DNA from: Octopus sinensis
Lineage: Eukaryota
Assembly: GCF_006345805.1 (NCBI RefSeq)
Contig: NC_043016.1
Location: 23,312,001-23,376,000, forward strand
Length of the DNA: 64,000 nt
Direction: 5' to 3'
Below the pieces are notes generated by a model that was given only the letters and a program-made list of their open reading frames with translations, was not told the DNA's origin and did not search any database. Position 1 is the first letter of the stretch; each line of letters begins with the position of its first letter. Made by a program: the position numbers and the translations under genes. Shown piece after piece: positions 25,950 through 38,410 of the stretch.

Positions 25950-27350
25950 TTGTTAATGATTGTAATGGTGATTAAGGTGGTTGGTACTGACAACAGCGGG
26001 AGTAGTGGTGGTAATGGTGTTGTTGATGATTATAATGATGATGATAATAGTGATAGTGGTGGTGATAGTATTAATTTTGATTGCAGTGGGGTTGTTGATG
26101 ACTATGATGTCTATGAGATGGGGCAGCAGTGGTAGTGGTGGTGGTGGTGGTGGTGGTGAGACTGTTGATTTTGATAATGGTGGTGGTAAAGGTGCTGTTG
26201 ATGTCAATAATTGTAATAGCAGTGGTGATGGTGGTGGTGGTGGTGGTGGTGGTGGTGGTGGTGATACTAGTTGCTGTGGTGGCGGTGGTGGTGATAATGT
26301 CGATGGTGATGATGATGGCAATGCTGCTGTTGAAGGTAATGGTATTGAAGATGGATGTATGTTATGTGTGGTGGTGGTGTTGAAGGTGATGATTATGATA
26401 GTGAAGATTTAGTGGGGTGCAGGCAGAAAAAAGAAGAAGGAGGAGGAGGAGGAGGAGGAGAAGAAGAAGAAGAAGAAGAAGAAGAAGAAGGAGAAGAAGA
26501 AGACAGAACCAAAGAAAAGAAGAGAACTAAGAGAAAGAAGAAAAAAGAAGAGGAAGAAGAAGAAGAGAAAAGAAGAGAAAGAAGAAAAAAGAAGAGGAAG
26601 AAGAAAAAAACAAAGAGAAAGAAGAAAAAAGAAGAGGAAGAAGGAGAGGAAGAGTTCACACAGTTTGGTGTGTGATGTGTTTTTTATAACAAAGTTGAAC
26701 CAGATTGTGGTAATCCTGGTGAGAATGTAATTGGGTGATGTGTCTGTCTGGCTGTCTGCCTGCCTGGTGGATTAGTGGGCTGGTGGTGGTGGTGGTGGTG
26801 GGGGAGGTCTAAATATGAACAAAGAAAAGTGAGAGAGAGAGAGAGAAGTGGTGGGAGATAGCCTGCACGTGGGTGACTAAAAAAATGAGTAATAAACCTG
26901 TAATGTCTGAACTAGTATGGATAGGTAGATATAATGATGATGATGGTGATGATGATGATGATGATAAGAGTGTTGGTAGTAATAATAATAGGGTTTATGA
27001 TGATGATGATGATTATGGTTGGTTGCGTTGGTGGCAGTGGTAGTAGTAGTAGTAGTAGTAGTAGTAATTGTGATGGCTGCTTTATTGCCTTTAGTTACTA
27101 ACAGTTTGTGCTACTTTGTGGTGGTGTTGGGGAATCTTGTTGGGGGTTTGTGTGGAGGCTTATTTTGGTTTTGTGGTGGTTGTTGTAGTTTATGGTGGCA
27201 ATAGTGGTGTTGATGTGAGCAGCTTTGATGGAAATGGACCCTGATGCTGAAAATAATAAGAAAGAGAATGGAGGTGGAGGAAAAGCATTGATGGGAAAGC
27301 AAGGATTATTTGAAGGAGGAGGAAGAGGAAGGGGAGGAGGTTGAAGAGGA
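25950..27350. repeat. Compound trinucleotide low-complexity block (GGT/GAT/GAA/GTA)n
   Basis: Successive imperfect triplet arrays; the ORFs here are poly-G/V/E/K artefacts. Confidence 0.9.
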
Positions 27351-28169
27351 GAGAAAGAACTGTGGATTTTTGACTTCTATAAAGTGGAATGGTGCAAATC
27401 AATAATTTCAATATATGATGTATTCCTTCTGGTTCTGCGATGGAAGCTCAGCATTCCTCCATGGCAACAAGCAAAAAAAAAAAAAACTCTATTATTTGCT
27501 AACGTTGTATGAAAGTGAAATGACTCATTATTTCAATATCTGCCTTCAAATTGCAGTGGTTCTTGATCTTGGTCCTTCTTCGGCCACTGGACAGACTACC
27601 TTACACACACATGCTCACATATAACACACACACACACACATATATACATACACATATATACACATATACATTCATAGAAACATAACAGTTGTAGTATAGT
27701 TGTTTGGGAGAGAAAAGAAAAAAGTAATTATATACACTTATAGAAATCATCTTCTTTAAATATCTAAAGATATTTTTTTCAAAATTAGTGAGAAGAATAT
27801 TTGGAAACCTACAACCTCTCTTCCCAGATTCTAAATTTACTTCTTTACGATATCAAGATTCAAAACCTGTTTGTGTGTTCCACAATTCTAGCAAAACAGT
27901 ACATTGCAGTGATAAAATGTACTCTTTAACACATGCTCTTTCAGCTAAAACAACATCAAGTTAATTTCTTGTCCCTGGAACCTTGAAAATAAAAAAAAAA
28001 TGTATTAATACTAAAAAATAATTTTCGACCATTAATGAAATGATTCATGTTGTCAATATGTTATGGTCACTGACTCACCACAAGCAACACAAAAATTTAT
28101 ACTGATAGAGGAAAAAGGGCCTAAATCACATAATTTTTTTATCTTCATTGTTTTCAAAATAGATAAATC

Positions 28170-28670
28170 ATCATCATCATCATCGTTTAACGTCTGCTTT
28201 CCATGCTAGCATGGGTTGGACAATTTGACTGAAGTCTGGCAAACCAGACTCCAATCTGATCTGGCAGAGTTTCTACAGCTGGATGCCCTTCCTAATACCA
28301 ACCACTCCGAGAGTGTAGTGGGTGCATTTACGTGCCACCGGCACGAAGGCCAGTTTGGTGGTACTGTCAACGGCCATACTCAAATGGTGCTTTTTATGTG
28401 CCACCTGTACAGGAGCCAGTCCAGTGGCACTGGCAAAGGCCTCGCTGGAATGTTTGTTTTTTCACATGCCACCAACACAAGTGCTAGTAAGGTGATGCAG
28501 GTAATGATCACGCTCAGATGGTATGTTTAACAGGCCATCGGCACGAAGGCCAACTTGTTGCTCTGGCAATGATCTCACTTGTCTGGTACTCTTAGCGCTC
28601 CACTAGCAACGGATGCCAGTCACCGAGTTTGATTTCGAATTCACGTGTCTCAACAGGTCTTCACAATCGA
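28170..28670 (+). mobile_element. Repeat family C ((CAT)n-gtttaacgtc...catgctagcatggg end; variable internal gtgccac/ggcac tandem units). Copies near 4020-4310, 9200-9380, 12290-12575, 38765-38965, 50040-50440, 51020-51430, 61200-61510
   Basis: Recurrent sequence bounded by a (CAT)n/(ATG)n tract, resembling a LINE 3' tail or its SINE derivative. Confidence 0.75.
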
Positions 28671-31319
28671 GTTATTTTATTACACCTAGATACTTTTTTA
28701 AAATAGGAAATACTGGCACTTTTTCATTGCCATGACAATTATTAGAAGCAGGGGTATTCCAGGTGAAAATGATAGTATTTTTGATGGTGGGGAGAAAAGG
28801 GGTGTGTTTTTATTGGCTACTATTTTGATGCTCACCATTTCATATTTCCAATAATACCCAAGCTTGATGATTTATACAAGAAATAAATTTCTCCGTAAAA
28901 ATGTATTTGCAATGATAATTTCTTGCAACAAACTCTCCCAATACACTTCCATAGTGGTTGTTTTGAAGCTTTACATCCCAACCACAACTACACAATGTCA
29001 AATTCACTGAAAAAGATTTGTAATTTTCTTGGGAAAGTAATTGGTTTCTTATATTTGTTTTTAACATTTAATACAGTTGACTACTGTATTTGATGACATA
29101 TAACACGCTTTTCCTTCCAAAAAGAAATGTCTCAACAAAACCAGTATATGAAGTTGAGTTAATATTGCATATTTTAATGCACTAAACACGTGTTCTTTTA
29201 TTCTTTTATTTGTTTCAGTCATTTGACTGTGGCCATGCTGGAGCACTGCCTTTAGTCAAACAAATTGACCCAAGAACTTATTCTTTGTAAGCCTAGTACT
29301 TATTCTATCAGTCTCTTTTGCTGAACTGCTAAGTTACTGGGACATAAGCACACCAACATCAGTTGTCAGGTGATGGTGAGGAGACAAACACAGACATATA
29401 AACATATACTCACACACACACACACACACACACACATACAACAGGCTTCTTTCAGTTTCCATCTACCAAATCCATTCACAAAGCTTTGGTCAGCCCGAGG
29501 CTATAGTAGAAGACACTTGCCCAAGGTGCCACACAGTGGGACTGAACTGGGAACCATGTGGTTGGTAAGCAAGCTACTTACCACACATTTTTTCTGAATA
29601 TGTGCTGCTGAAATTGGGGTCCATCTAATATTCTTGTATGTCTTTTAAGTCATTAAATGTCGTAGTTAAAAACTGGTACTCTGTCAGTTAGGACAACAAG
29701 GGTTCCAGTCGGTCTGATCAATGGAATAGCCTGCTTGTGAAACTAATGCACAAGTGACTGAGCACTCCACAGACACATGTACCCTTCATGTAGTTGCTAG
29801 GGAGATTCAGCGTCACACAGAATGTGACAAGGCCGGGCATTTGAAATACAAGTACTCCTCATTTTTGCCAGCTGAGTGGACTGGGGTAACAAGAAATAAA
29901 GCGTCTTGCTCAGATACACATGTCACTGGGAATTGAACTCATGACCTTATGATCACGAGCTGAATATCCTAATCACTAATAAACCATGTGCCTTCACAAA
30001 CGTAGTAGTCAAAAATCATCCTTCACTCATCTTATAATAATTCTGCTTGTCATTATGTTACTTAACCTGTTGGTAACACTTTCATGTGGTTAGAGAAAAA
30101 GAGGGAGAAAGAAGAAGAGAGAGAGAAGCATCCGTGATGTAAGGTTGAAGGAATGTAATTCTAATGTTTTCAAGTATTAGCTGAAGAGAAAGGGAGGAGA
30201 AAGTAAAAGGAGAGAGAAAAAGAGGATAAGGCGAAGAGTGAGACAGAAAGAGGCAGGGAGGAGAGATGGAGAGAGAAAAAAGTGTGTCCATGACATGTGG
30301 CAGGGAGAATGTAATATTTATTATGTGGTTAAAAAAGTTAGTTGAAGGTAGTGATATAGAGTAGAGTTAGAAATATAATTTTAACAGAGGGGTGATGTTC
30401 TGATGGTGATGTTAAAGAAAGGCAGAGCGAGGTGGAGAGAGAGAGAGAGAGGAGGGAGACAGGGGAGAAAGAGGGAGATGATGATGGTGGTGGTGTGTGA
30501 ATAGTGTAAAGTGTATTTTTTGTTTTTAATTGAACTAAGTTTTTTTTTATATCACTTATCACTTAAACGGATGAACATAAATGCAATTCCGTGAAATATT
30601 CATGCTTGTTTACATGGCAGATGTATGCAAAGGTTGTATCATGTGTATGGGATATTTTTTTTTGGTTTAAGGGAATAATGGAAAAATAAGAGTGAATATT
30701 TATTTTATGAGTGCTGAGTATTAAGTCTATAACATTGTGCATAAAGTATTGTCTATAAAGTTGTGCATAAAGTATATAAAGTGTATATATAAAGTGCATT
30801 AAGTAATCATTGTATTCCAATTTCTTTCATTTTTCAATAAGTAGCAGATGAGCGACAATCTTTCCATGCAGACACAACACAGGCTACGCTTTCAGGTTTT
30901 TTGGCTAAAGTTTTCAGAAATAGCCCAATAGACTTACCATTAATTCCATGAAATATTCACAGGCCCCACTAGTGTTAAGATGTTAAATAAAACATTTTGT
31001 GAATTCAACTTCAATCATAAAAATGTCACCATGGATGCTTTATAGTACCTGACTGGCACTCTACTTGTCCACTATTTTACTTTTATTTCTTAACAGTTTT
31101 ATTTTCTAAGAAAATACATTAACCCTTTAACATTTAAACTGGCTATATCCAGTCCAAATATTCTACCCATTTTATGTTCAAACTTGCTAGATCTGTTACC
31201 TCACACCTACCCTACAATGTCTTCCTAAAAATACACAATTACATCATCAATATCCTGAAGCTACTAGATGATGCATGATTAATACAAAACCAGGCATTAC
31301 ATTTGACAGACTGTGATGG

Positions 31320-31640
31320 CACATGGCTCAGTGGTTAGAGCATCAAGCTCACAATCATGAGGTAATGAGTTCGATCTTGAGACCGGGCTGTGTGTTGTGT
31401 TCTTGAGCAAGACACTTTATTTTTACATGGCTTCAGTTCACTCATCTATAGAAATGAGTTGTGATGTCACTGGTACCAAGCTGTATCATCCCTTGCCTTT
31501 CACTTGGATAACTCAGTGGCACGGAGGTGGGAGACTGGCATGCATTGGCTACTGCTGGTCTTCCATAAACAACCTTACCTGGACTTGTGCTTTGGAGGGG
31601 AACTTCCCAGGTGCAATCCCATGGTCATTCATAACCGAAG
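31320..31640 (+). mobile_element. tRNA-derived SINE (catggctcagtggttagagc head). Partial copy at 48810-48965; relative of the 12819 SINE at 29690-29995(-)
   Basis: A box TGGCTCAGTGG with downstream GTTCGATC-like B box. Confidence 0.7.
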
Positions 31641-32013
31641 GGGTTCTTTTTACATTTGACAGATTAATCTGAATGCGAAAAGGTTAAACTTTTTGATTTG
31701 GAACTTATCTAGTTTTTGATAAAGTAAATACTTTCACTTTTATGGGACCCTGGAGACAACAAAGTCCTGAAATGTCTTTTTATTTTTTCAGCTATGCTAG
31801 TATAAAGTGCATTTCAATAATCTGTTGCATCAGGAAATAACATAATGACATGTCAGCCTTTAGAATTTCACCTGATAACCGTGTGGCTTCCTGTTAGGTT
31901 GGTCCAATGTGCGGCACCTCGGGCAAATGTCTTCTACTATAGCCCATGCCGACCAATGTCTTGTGAGTTAAATTGTTAGACAGAAACTGTATGGAAGCCT
32001 TTTGTATTCATGT

Positions 32014-32080
<67 letters not shown>

Positions 32081-32142
32081 AATATTTAAGAAGGAAAATA
32101 ATACCTTATGTATTCATTTCTCTCTCTTTCTCTTTCTTTCTT

Positions 32143-32181
<39 letters not shown>

Positions 32182-32982
32182 TGGTGTGACTTGGAAGCGG
32201 TGCAAAATGTAATCAAACAAAACATAATCTGTTAAGATGTTATTTCCAGAAATGTGATATAGGTAAGTGTCCCAAAGACAGTTTTTGGTGATGAGATTGT
32301 ACTCACACCATCCCTTCCAGAAATGTCGCATTAAGCAAGTATCTTAGCCATGTCATTAATGCTGTGGCTGTATTCACACACTACCTTTTTTCTCTTTGTA
32401 GTTGATTAGCAGATATAGAGAAACTGATATGTAGCTTCAGGCCATGTGGGTATGTCATGAAAAGAGGTGGGGACCAACTATTCTGTGTTACTCTTTACTG
32501 GGTTACACAATTTGTTGTTAGGGGTACAGTTATGTTAACACTAATTCAGATATCATTCTTTATGAAGATAATATCTCTGATTAATTTATTCACTAAAATA
32601 TTTGATTTCTTCTCACTGTCAACCTTTGTTATGTATTATTGTACATCGACTTACTAATTCTCTCATCACTACAATGAACTCTGTTTTGCTGAGGAGGTCA
32701 TAATTCATAATAAAACCGAAACAAGCCTAGAGTTTTTGTTCATCTTGTGGAAATTATTAAAGCTAGTGGGATTGATGGAAATTTCACATTTCATAAATGT
32801 TATTCCTGTTTTGATGCATAAATTTATTGATCTTCATAACATTGCCTCATTGTTTTTTACTTCAATTTTATGTCAATAGAGAAATGAAATCATTAACATA
32901 ATGGCTTCAGCAGTGTTGGCTTCAGCAAGATTTGAACTCAGAATAATTCATCATCACCACCATAATTTAGCATTTAGATGTA

Positions 32983-33337
32983 CACTGTTGATAGGCCAGT
33001 TACTGCAGTATTTGTCCATAAATAACATCTCTTATGGATTTGTTGTGCTAAAAACAATAAATATCAGAGAGAGGGAAAGAGATTAAAATTCAGTGACTGT
33101 TTCATTCACTTTTTTCTATATCAGAGATGTTAAATTCTTGTCTGACTGTGTGGATGGCTGGAAGTATTCACCATTGAAAAGACCCAAAAGGGCTATAGTC
33201 CATCTGGTGCTCTCACTGGCTGCTGCTGGGATAAATTTTCATTTCTCTAGTATTTATTGTGTTTTTTAACACAGCAAGTCTGTAAAGAAATGTTATCTCT
33301 GGACAAATACTACAGTAACTGGCCTATCAACAATATG
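32983..33337. mobile_element. MITE with about 90-bp TIRs and TA flanks
   Basis: TGTTGATAGGCCAGTTACTG(C/T)AGTATTTGTCCA at 32985-33070 is mirrored at 33245-33332. Confidence 0.75.
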
Positions 33338-33659
33338 TATGTATAAATATATATTAGTAATTATATATACAAAAAGTCATCTATGTGCCATAATTAATGA
33401 CTATATATATAGTATAGCACATAGATAACTTTTTTATGTATACAATTGCTAATATATAATTTACGATTAATTAGTAATAAATATCAGTAGTTGACCGATG
33501 TTGATTTTTTTTGTTTTTCTCACTACATATTTTAGCATTAACATTTTTAATGTCAAACACTAAGTGCTTCACCTCGGGCAAGCGTTATTTTTTCATTATA
33601 GCATCAAGTAAACCAAAACACTTTGTGAGTGAAATTTGGTAGGCGAGATTATGTTGGCC

Positions 33660-33830
33660 AGTAAACTTGGCGCCATCTCTTGGTCCTTGGGTGGCCTTAG
33701 TGGAGTTCACTCTGTTTCAAACTTTTGAGCCGTATCTCCGGTGTGAGGGCAGTTTCCTCCCTCCCTCTCTCTTCCCCATCTCTCTATCTCCCTTGCTCCA
33801 TTTCCCCCGCCCTAGTACAAGACTTTGAGG
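33660..33830. promoter_or_regulatory. Promoter-like GC/CpG patch inside DNAAF6 intron 5
   Basis: YY1-like GGCGCCATCT (33669-78) and GC box CCCCGCCC (33805-12) in an otherwise CpG-poor intron. Confidence 0.3.
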
Positions 33831-34421
33831 CTCTAAGAAAGGCCTCTTCTCTCTCTGACTAAACCACTAAAACGACAACAACAAAAAATAAAATTGAGTT
33901 AATTATAGCTTGATAGATTTTGTGACACATCCTACCTGTCAGTTGTTACTGTATTATTAACCTATAGACTGTAATTGTAAAAGTACCAATACAGGCCATC
34001 ACCAACCTACTGATTTGTAGTGACTTTTCTTCTAAAAACCAATATAATAATTTATAGGAACTATAAAAACATTTCATCAGTACGGAAAATTTTTTAGATG
34101 CTCCCCCACCCCCACCCCCAAAAAGCAGCAATAACAAAAAAATAAAATAAAAATAAAGGGGCCAAGTTAAACTGATGATTTGGACCTATTTCACAAACTG
34201 CATCATATTCATTCTTTTATCAAAGACATGATGAATGAATACACACCAGTGTACCCCGCCCCTCTCTCTCTCTACCACACATACACACATACACATAATC
34301 ATCATCTCATCTTTAATGTTCACTTTTTTCCATGAGCCAGACAGAATTTGTTGAGGCAGATTTTCTACAGCTGGATGCCCTACCTGTCACCAACCCTCAC
34401 TTATTTCTAGGCAAGGTAATA

Positions 34422-34471
<50 letters not shown>

Positions 34472-35164
34472 ACTTAGGTTAGTTAAAATATTTTGTGACA
34501 TATTTCAACTTCTAGAGACAAATTTACTGCAGTACAGTGGAGAAAAAAAAAGGTTCACTGTTATGGTAAAAGGTATAAAAAACATAAATACATTACAATA
34601 TATGTTAACTAACCTAATGTTCGCTAATGCCTAATCATTGTTTGGCACCACATGGTTTCAGGTTCAGTCCCTGTGTGACACCTTGGGCAAGTGTCTCCTA
34701 CTATATCTTCAGGTCGACCAAAGCCTTGTGGGTGGAAACTGAAAGAAGCTCGTTGCATACACACACACACATATGCACATGCACACACACACACACAGAG
34801 TAAAGTCTATTTACCAACACAATGTGGTATCCTATGCAGGATGGTGTTACTATTTTTTTGCCCCTGGAAAACATCTTTTCCAACTGACTACCAACATATA
34901 TATTGTGAGCATACATGTGCATACACACACACATGTGTATACATATGTGTGTGTGTTTGTTTTTGTGTCTGTATTTGTAGAGACCTTGTCGTTGTGTAGG
35001 TTGTTGATGTTGTTTAGATACTTGTCAGTCCTGATGAAGCAGCCTGTATTTAAAAACATTCTGCTTGTGACCATCCTTTCTTTGGTTTATGTATAGGGAA
35101 CCAACAACCACGTTCATTACCAAATGTGTCTCTTTCATATATAAAGTGGCTGTTTCATATATAA

Positions 35165-35329
35165 GGCGTAGGATTGGCTGTGTGGTAAGTAGCTTGCTTA
35201 CCAACCACATGGTTCTGAGTTCATTCTCACTGCGTGGCACCTTGGGCAAGTGTCTTCTACTATAGCCTCGGGCCAACCAAAGCCATGTGAGTGGATTTGG
35301 TAGGCGGAAACTGAAAGAAGCCCGTCGTA

Positions 35330-35380
<51 letters not shown>

Positions 35381-35590
35381 CTGTGTTTGTCCCCTCAACA
35401 TTGCTTGACAACTGATGCTGGTGTGGTTATGTCCCCTGTAACTTAGCAGTTTGGCAAAAGAGACCGATAGAATAAGTACTAGGCTCACAAAGAATAAGTC
35501 CAGGGGTCGATTTGCTTGACTAATGGCTGTGCTCCAGCATGGCCGCAGTCAAATGACTGAAACAAGTAAAAGAGTAAAGAGAAAAAGAGT
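35165..35590 (+). mobile_element. SINE family B (ggctgtgtggtaagtagc head, internal TA/GT microsatellite). Other copies near 3520-3800(-), 6862-7165(+), 13575-13950(-), 19690-19900(+), 24020-24428(-), 24505-24660(+), 29200-29590(-), 39780-40185(-), 40340-40505(+), 43350-43770(-), 45515-45700(+), 47230-47555(-), 47668-48090(+), 57170-57605(-)
   Basis: Highly repeated about 400-bp sequence with tRNA-like head (GGTTCAGTCCC B-box-like) and tail ...gtcaaatgactgaaacaagtaaaag. Confidence 0.9.
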
Positions 35591-35599
35591 AAAGTAATA

Positions 35600-36270
35600 T
35601 GTAACTTAGCTGTTATGTCTAGCAGATTATGTGACCATATGTAGCCTCTCTTGTTTATGTGTGGTCTTTAGGCATGGTCCACGTACAGACTGTTATGATG
35701 AGTAGTGTACTCTTTTGTGCTATTTGTAACTTATTTTGATCTGGAGAGCCAGAGGTGGATGGCATAGGACTGACATAGTCCATAGTGGGTCTAATGTATT
35801 GTTTCTATCTTTTGCCTAAATGGGGTACTTGTGATTGCTCTATGTTTGTGTGTCGTGTTATTCTCTTTACTGTTTTCTATGTGGTTTGTCAATATTAAAG
35901 AGGAATTGTAGGTAACCCTTAATATTGTTGTTTCCTATGTGTGTGTGTGTACATATTTATTTGGTTGTAGATTGTATGGTTGGTTGTACTTAATGTTTTC
36001 TGGTGTTTAATGGTAAGAAGGGAAATAATGGATTTGGTAGCTGCTTCTTTTAGTCTATTGATTTGAAGTCCAAGAACATAGAAGACAAACTTACGAACAA
36101 GCCATCAATTCATATCCTGCTCTTGGTGTGACATAACGTCCATCCACGGCCAGGAAATTTAACTGTCAAATGGCTCAGGGCCAGTCTGTCTAGCTGTAGA
36201 TAGGTGCCACAGAGATGGAACAAACTGTAGCAATAACTGTTAATCTGAGGTTATTTGCTAGCTTGCATTG
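35600..36270 (-). mobile_element. Decayed non-LTR retrotransposon RT fragment (I/Jockey-like)
   Basis: Minus-strand IRPTMDYVSP...NKLQIAQKSTLLIIT resembles the IRPxLEYASP...KLQxxQNxALRIIT RT C-terminal motif. Confidence 0.55.
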
Positions 36271-36499
36271 CTGGGTTAAGTTCTTTATAAGAGAAAAGCT
36301 ACTTACTATAAACTAGCATCCTAACCAAGAGAGATTTATCTCCAGTATATTTGATATTGTACACCAAATGTTGCATATCATTGTGATTTGATAAAGGATT
36401 AGGGTGCTTAACATGTTTTGAGGTGGTTTATGTAGAGATGAAATAGTTGGGTAACTGTATCTGTGGAATGGTATGAGGATGTTACTATAACTCTGCATG

Positions 36500-37140
36500 C
36501 CTATGAAATAGTGTGTGTGTGTGTGTGTTTGTGTATGAGTGTGTACGTGTACGCATGTGTGTGTATTTGTGTGCGTGTATATATGTGTGTGCATGTGTGT
36601 ATGTGCATTTGTGTGTGTGCATGTGTGTATGTGTGCATGTGTGTGTGTGTGCATGTGTATGTGTGCATGTGTGTGTGCATTGTGTGCCCGTTGGTGTGTA
36701 TGTTGTGTGCATGTGTGTGTATGCATGTATGTGTGCATATGTGTGTGTGTGCATGTGCATTTGTGTTTTTGTGTGTGTCTGTGTGCACATGTATGTTTTG
36801 TGTGTGTGCATGTTTTGTGAAAGTGTAGGAAGGGCGTACAGGTTAGTTAACAACACTGGTAGAAAGATTAAAGTTTCGTGGAATGACACTTGGAAAATTA
36901 CGTTTTCTATGTATTGTTGTAGAACAACTCTGTATAGGCTTAGCAACCTAGGAAAGTAGTTCACAGATTACTGAGTGCATATAGTGTGGTGTGAGTGATT
37001 GTAGTAGTATGATATGGTAGTGTGTGTGATGTGGTGTATTGTGGTATGGCAGTGCATAATAGTGTAGTGGAAGAATTAGGTTGTATTGTGATATAGTATT
37101 GTGAAATAGCATAGAGCAATGTAATATAATGTGGTAGATC
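36500..37140. repeat. Degenerate (GT)n/GCAT array followed by a degenerate 5-bp-period array
   Basis: Direct inspection. Confidence 0.85.
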
Positions 37141-38169
37141 ATCTATATGTCATGTGGAGTCAGGAATATTTCCAATACTTTCATACTTCTAATAGATTTT
37201 AGTTTATACCTTAATATTGCGAGTCATTGACTTAATTTGTCCATTTGACTCTTGTGTTCCTTTAGTGAAATTGTCTCTGTTGTTGAGAGCATTTGCACCA
37301 GTTCTCTATCTCTTTACCAGGGATAAAGGCACTGAAAAGGACCAGGAGTATTACTTTTCCTCCTATAACAAAAGTAGTAAAAAAAAAATCTCTTGATATT
37401 TCTATAACAGTTAAGGCAGCAAGCTGGTGGAATTGTTGCCATGCAGGGCAAAATACTTAGCTGCATTTCATCCTTCTTTACATTCTGAGTTCAAATTCTA
37501 TTGCAGTTGACTTTGTCTTTCATCCTTTCAGGGTCAATAGAATAAGTGCCAGTTGAGTACTGGGAGTAATTGACTCCCTCCTCTGAACTTGCTGGCTTTG
37601 TGACAAAATTTGAAACCAATATTTCTATTACAGTAGTTTGGTTGATTCTTGTGATAGAAACTCAGTCCTTTTGATTTGGCACCACATGAAAATTGGAACA
37701 GTTTCACATTGGAGTTGTTCAAACTGGGGCTATACAACAACAACTAGCTTAGGGCCACTGGTCGAGGACTCACACTAGAGACATGCAACTATCATTGGAC
37801 TGTTGGATTAAGGCTCCCCTGGTGTTATACAGCAATTGCTACAAGGTCTGCTGGATTAGGGTTCATTTGAAACTATGCATCTTATTGTGGTTGGTATTAT
37901 TGTTGCTGTTGCATGTTAGTGATGTTAATTGGTGTTCAGAATATTGTTGTTTTTTAGTGCCAGGTCAGCCCTGATTGACCAAAATCTATGATAAAAAATA
38001 CTCCAAATGTGACTATCCTGACCTTTTGTATATCAAAGTCTACATTATCTGATATGTCTTTTTGCTTTTTTAAGACAGTAGGGTATCATTTGAGAGAGGT
38101 TTGGCTGTTATTTCTGACACATTGAACTTCCATGGGAAGCTCCAGTATTGGCTCTTGTTTTTATTGATG

Positions 38170-38410
38170 TATCCTTAGGTCAGCCTTGATCAAGAATTCC
38201 TTTGGTAGTTATTGCTGTATAGTCCCAGGTTGGCCCTGATCCAACAATCATATGATACACAATTAGTTGTTGCTGTGTAAGCCTTGGTCAGCTTTGATCC
38301 AGCAGTCTTGTAGTAGTTATTGTAGTGTAAGCCAGATTAGCCCTAATCCAGCAGTCCTTTGGTAGTTGTTTTTATTGCCCTGAGTTAGTCCTAATCCAGC
38401 AGTCCTGTGA
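38170..38410. repeat. Minisatellite, about 5 degenerate units of about 50 bp
   Basis: Recurrent gtagttrttg...gtcagccctgatccagcagtc. Confidence 0.7.

Noticed and set aside
25878-26675. Long poly-Gly/Val/Glu/Lys ORFs
   Set aside because: Trinucleotide arrays are open in several frames; no splice or domain support.
32685-32735. CTGAGGA-GGT...ACC-GAAA motif
   Set aside because: Stem III and stem I do not pair in register; degenerate or chance.
35023-35075. CTGATGA with a GCAG/CTGC stem
   Set aside because: The GAAA and stem III half is missing; at most a dead hammerhead remnant.
36313-36964. His/Thr- and Cys/Val-rich ORFs
   Set aside because: Translations of (CA)n/(GT)n arrays, as are most YI/VC/HT ORFs in the track.
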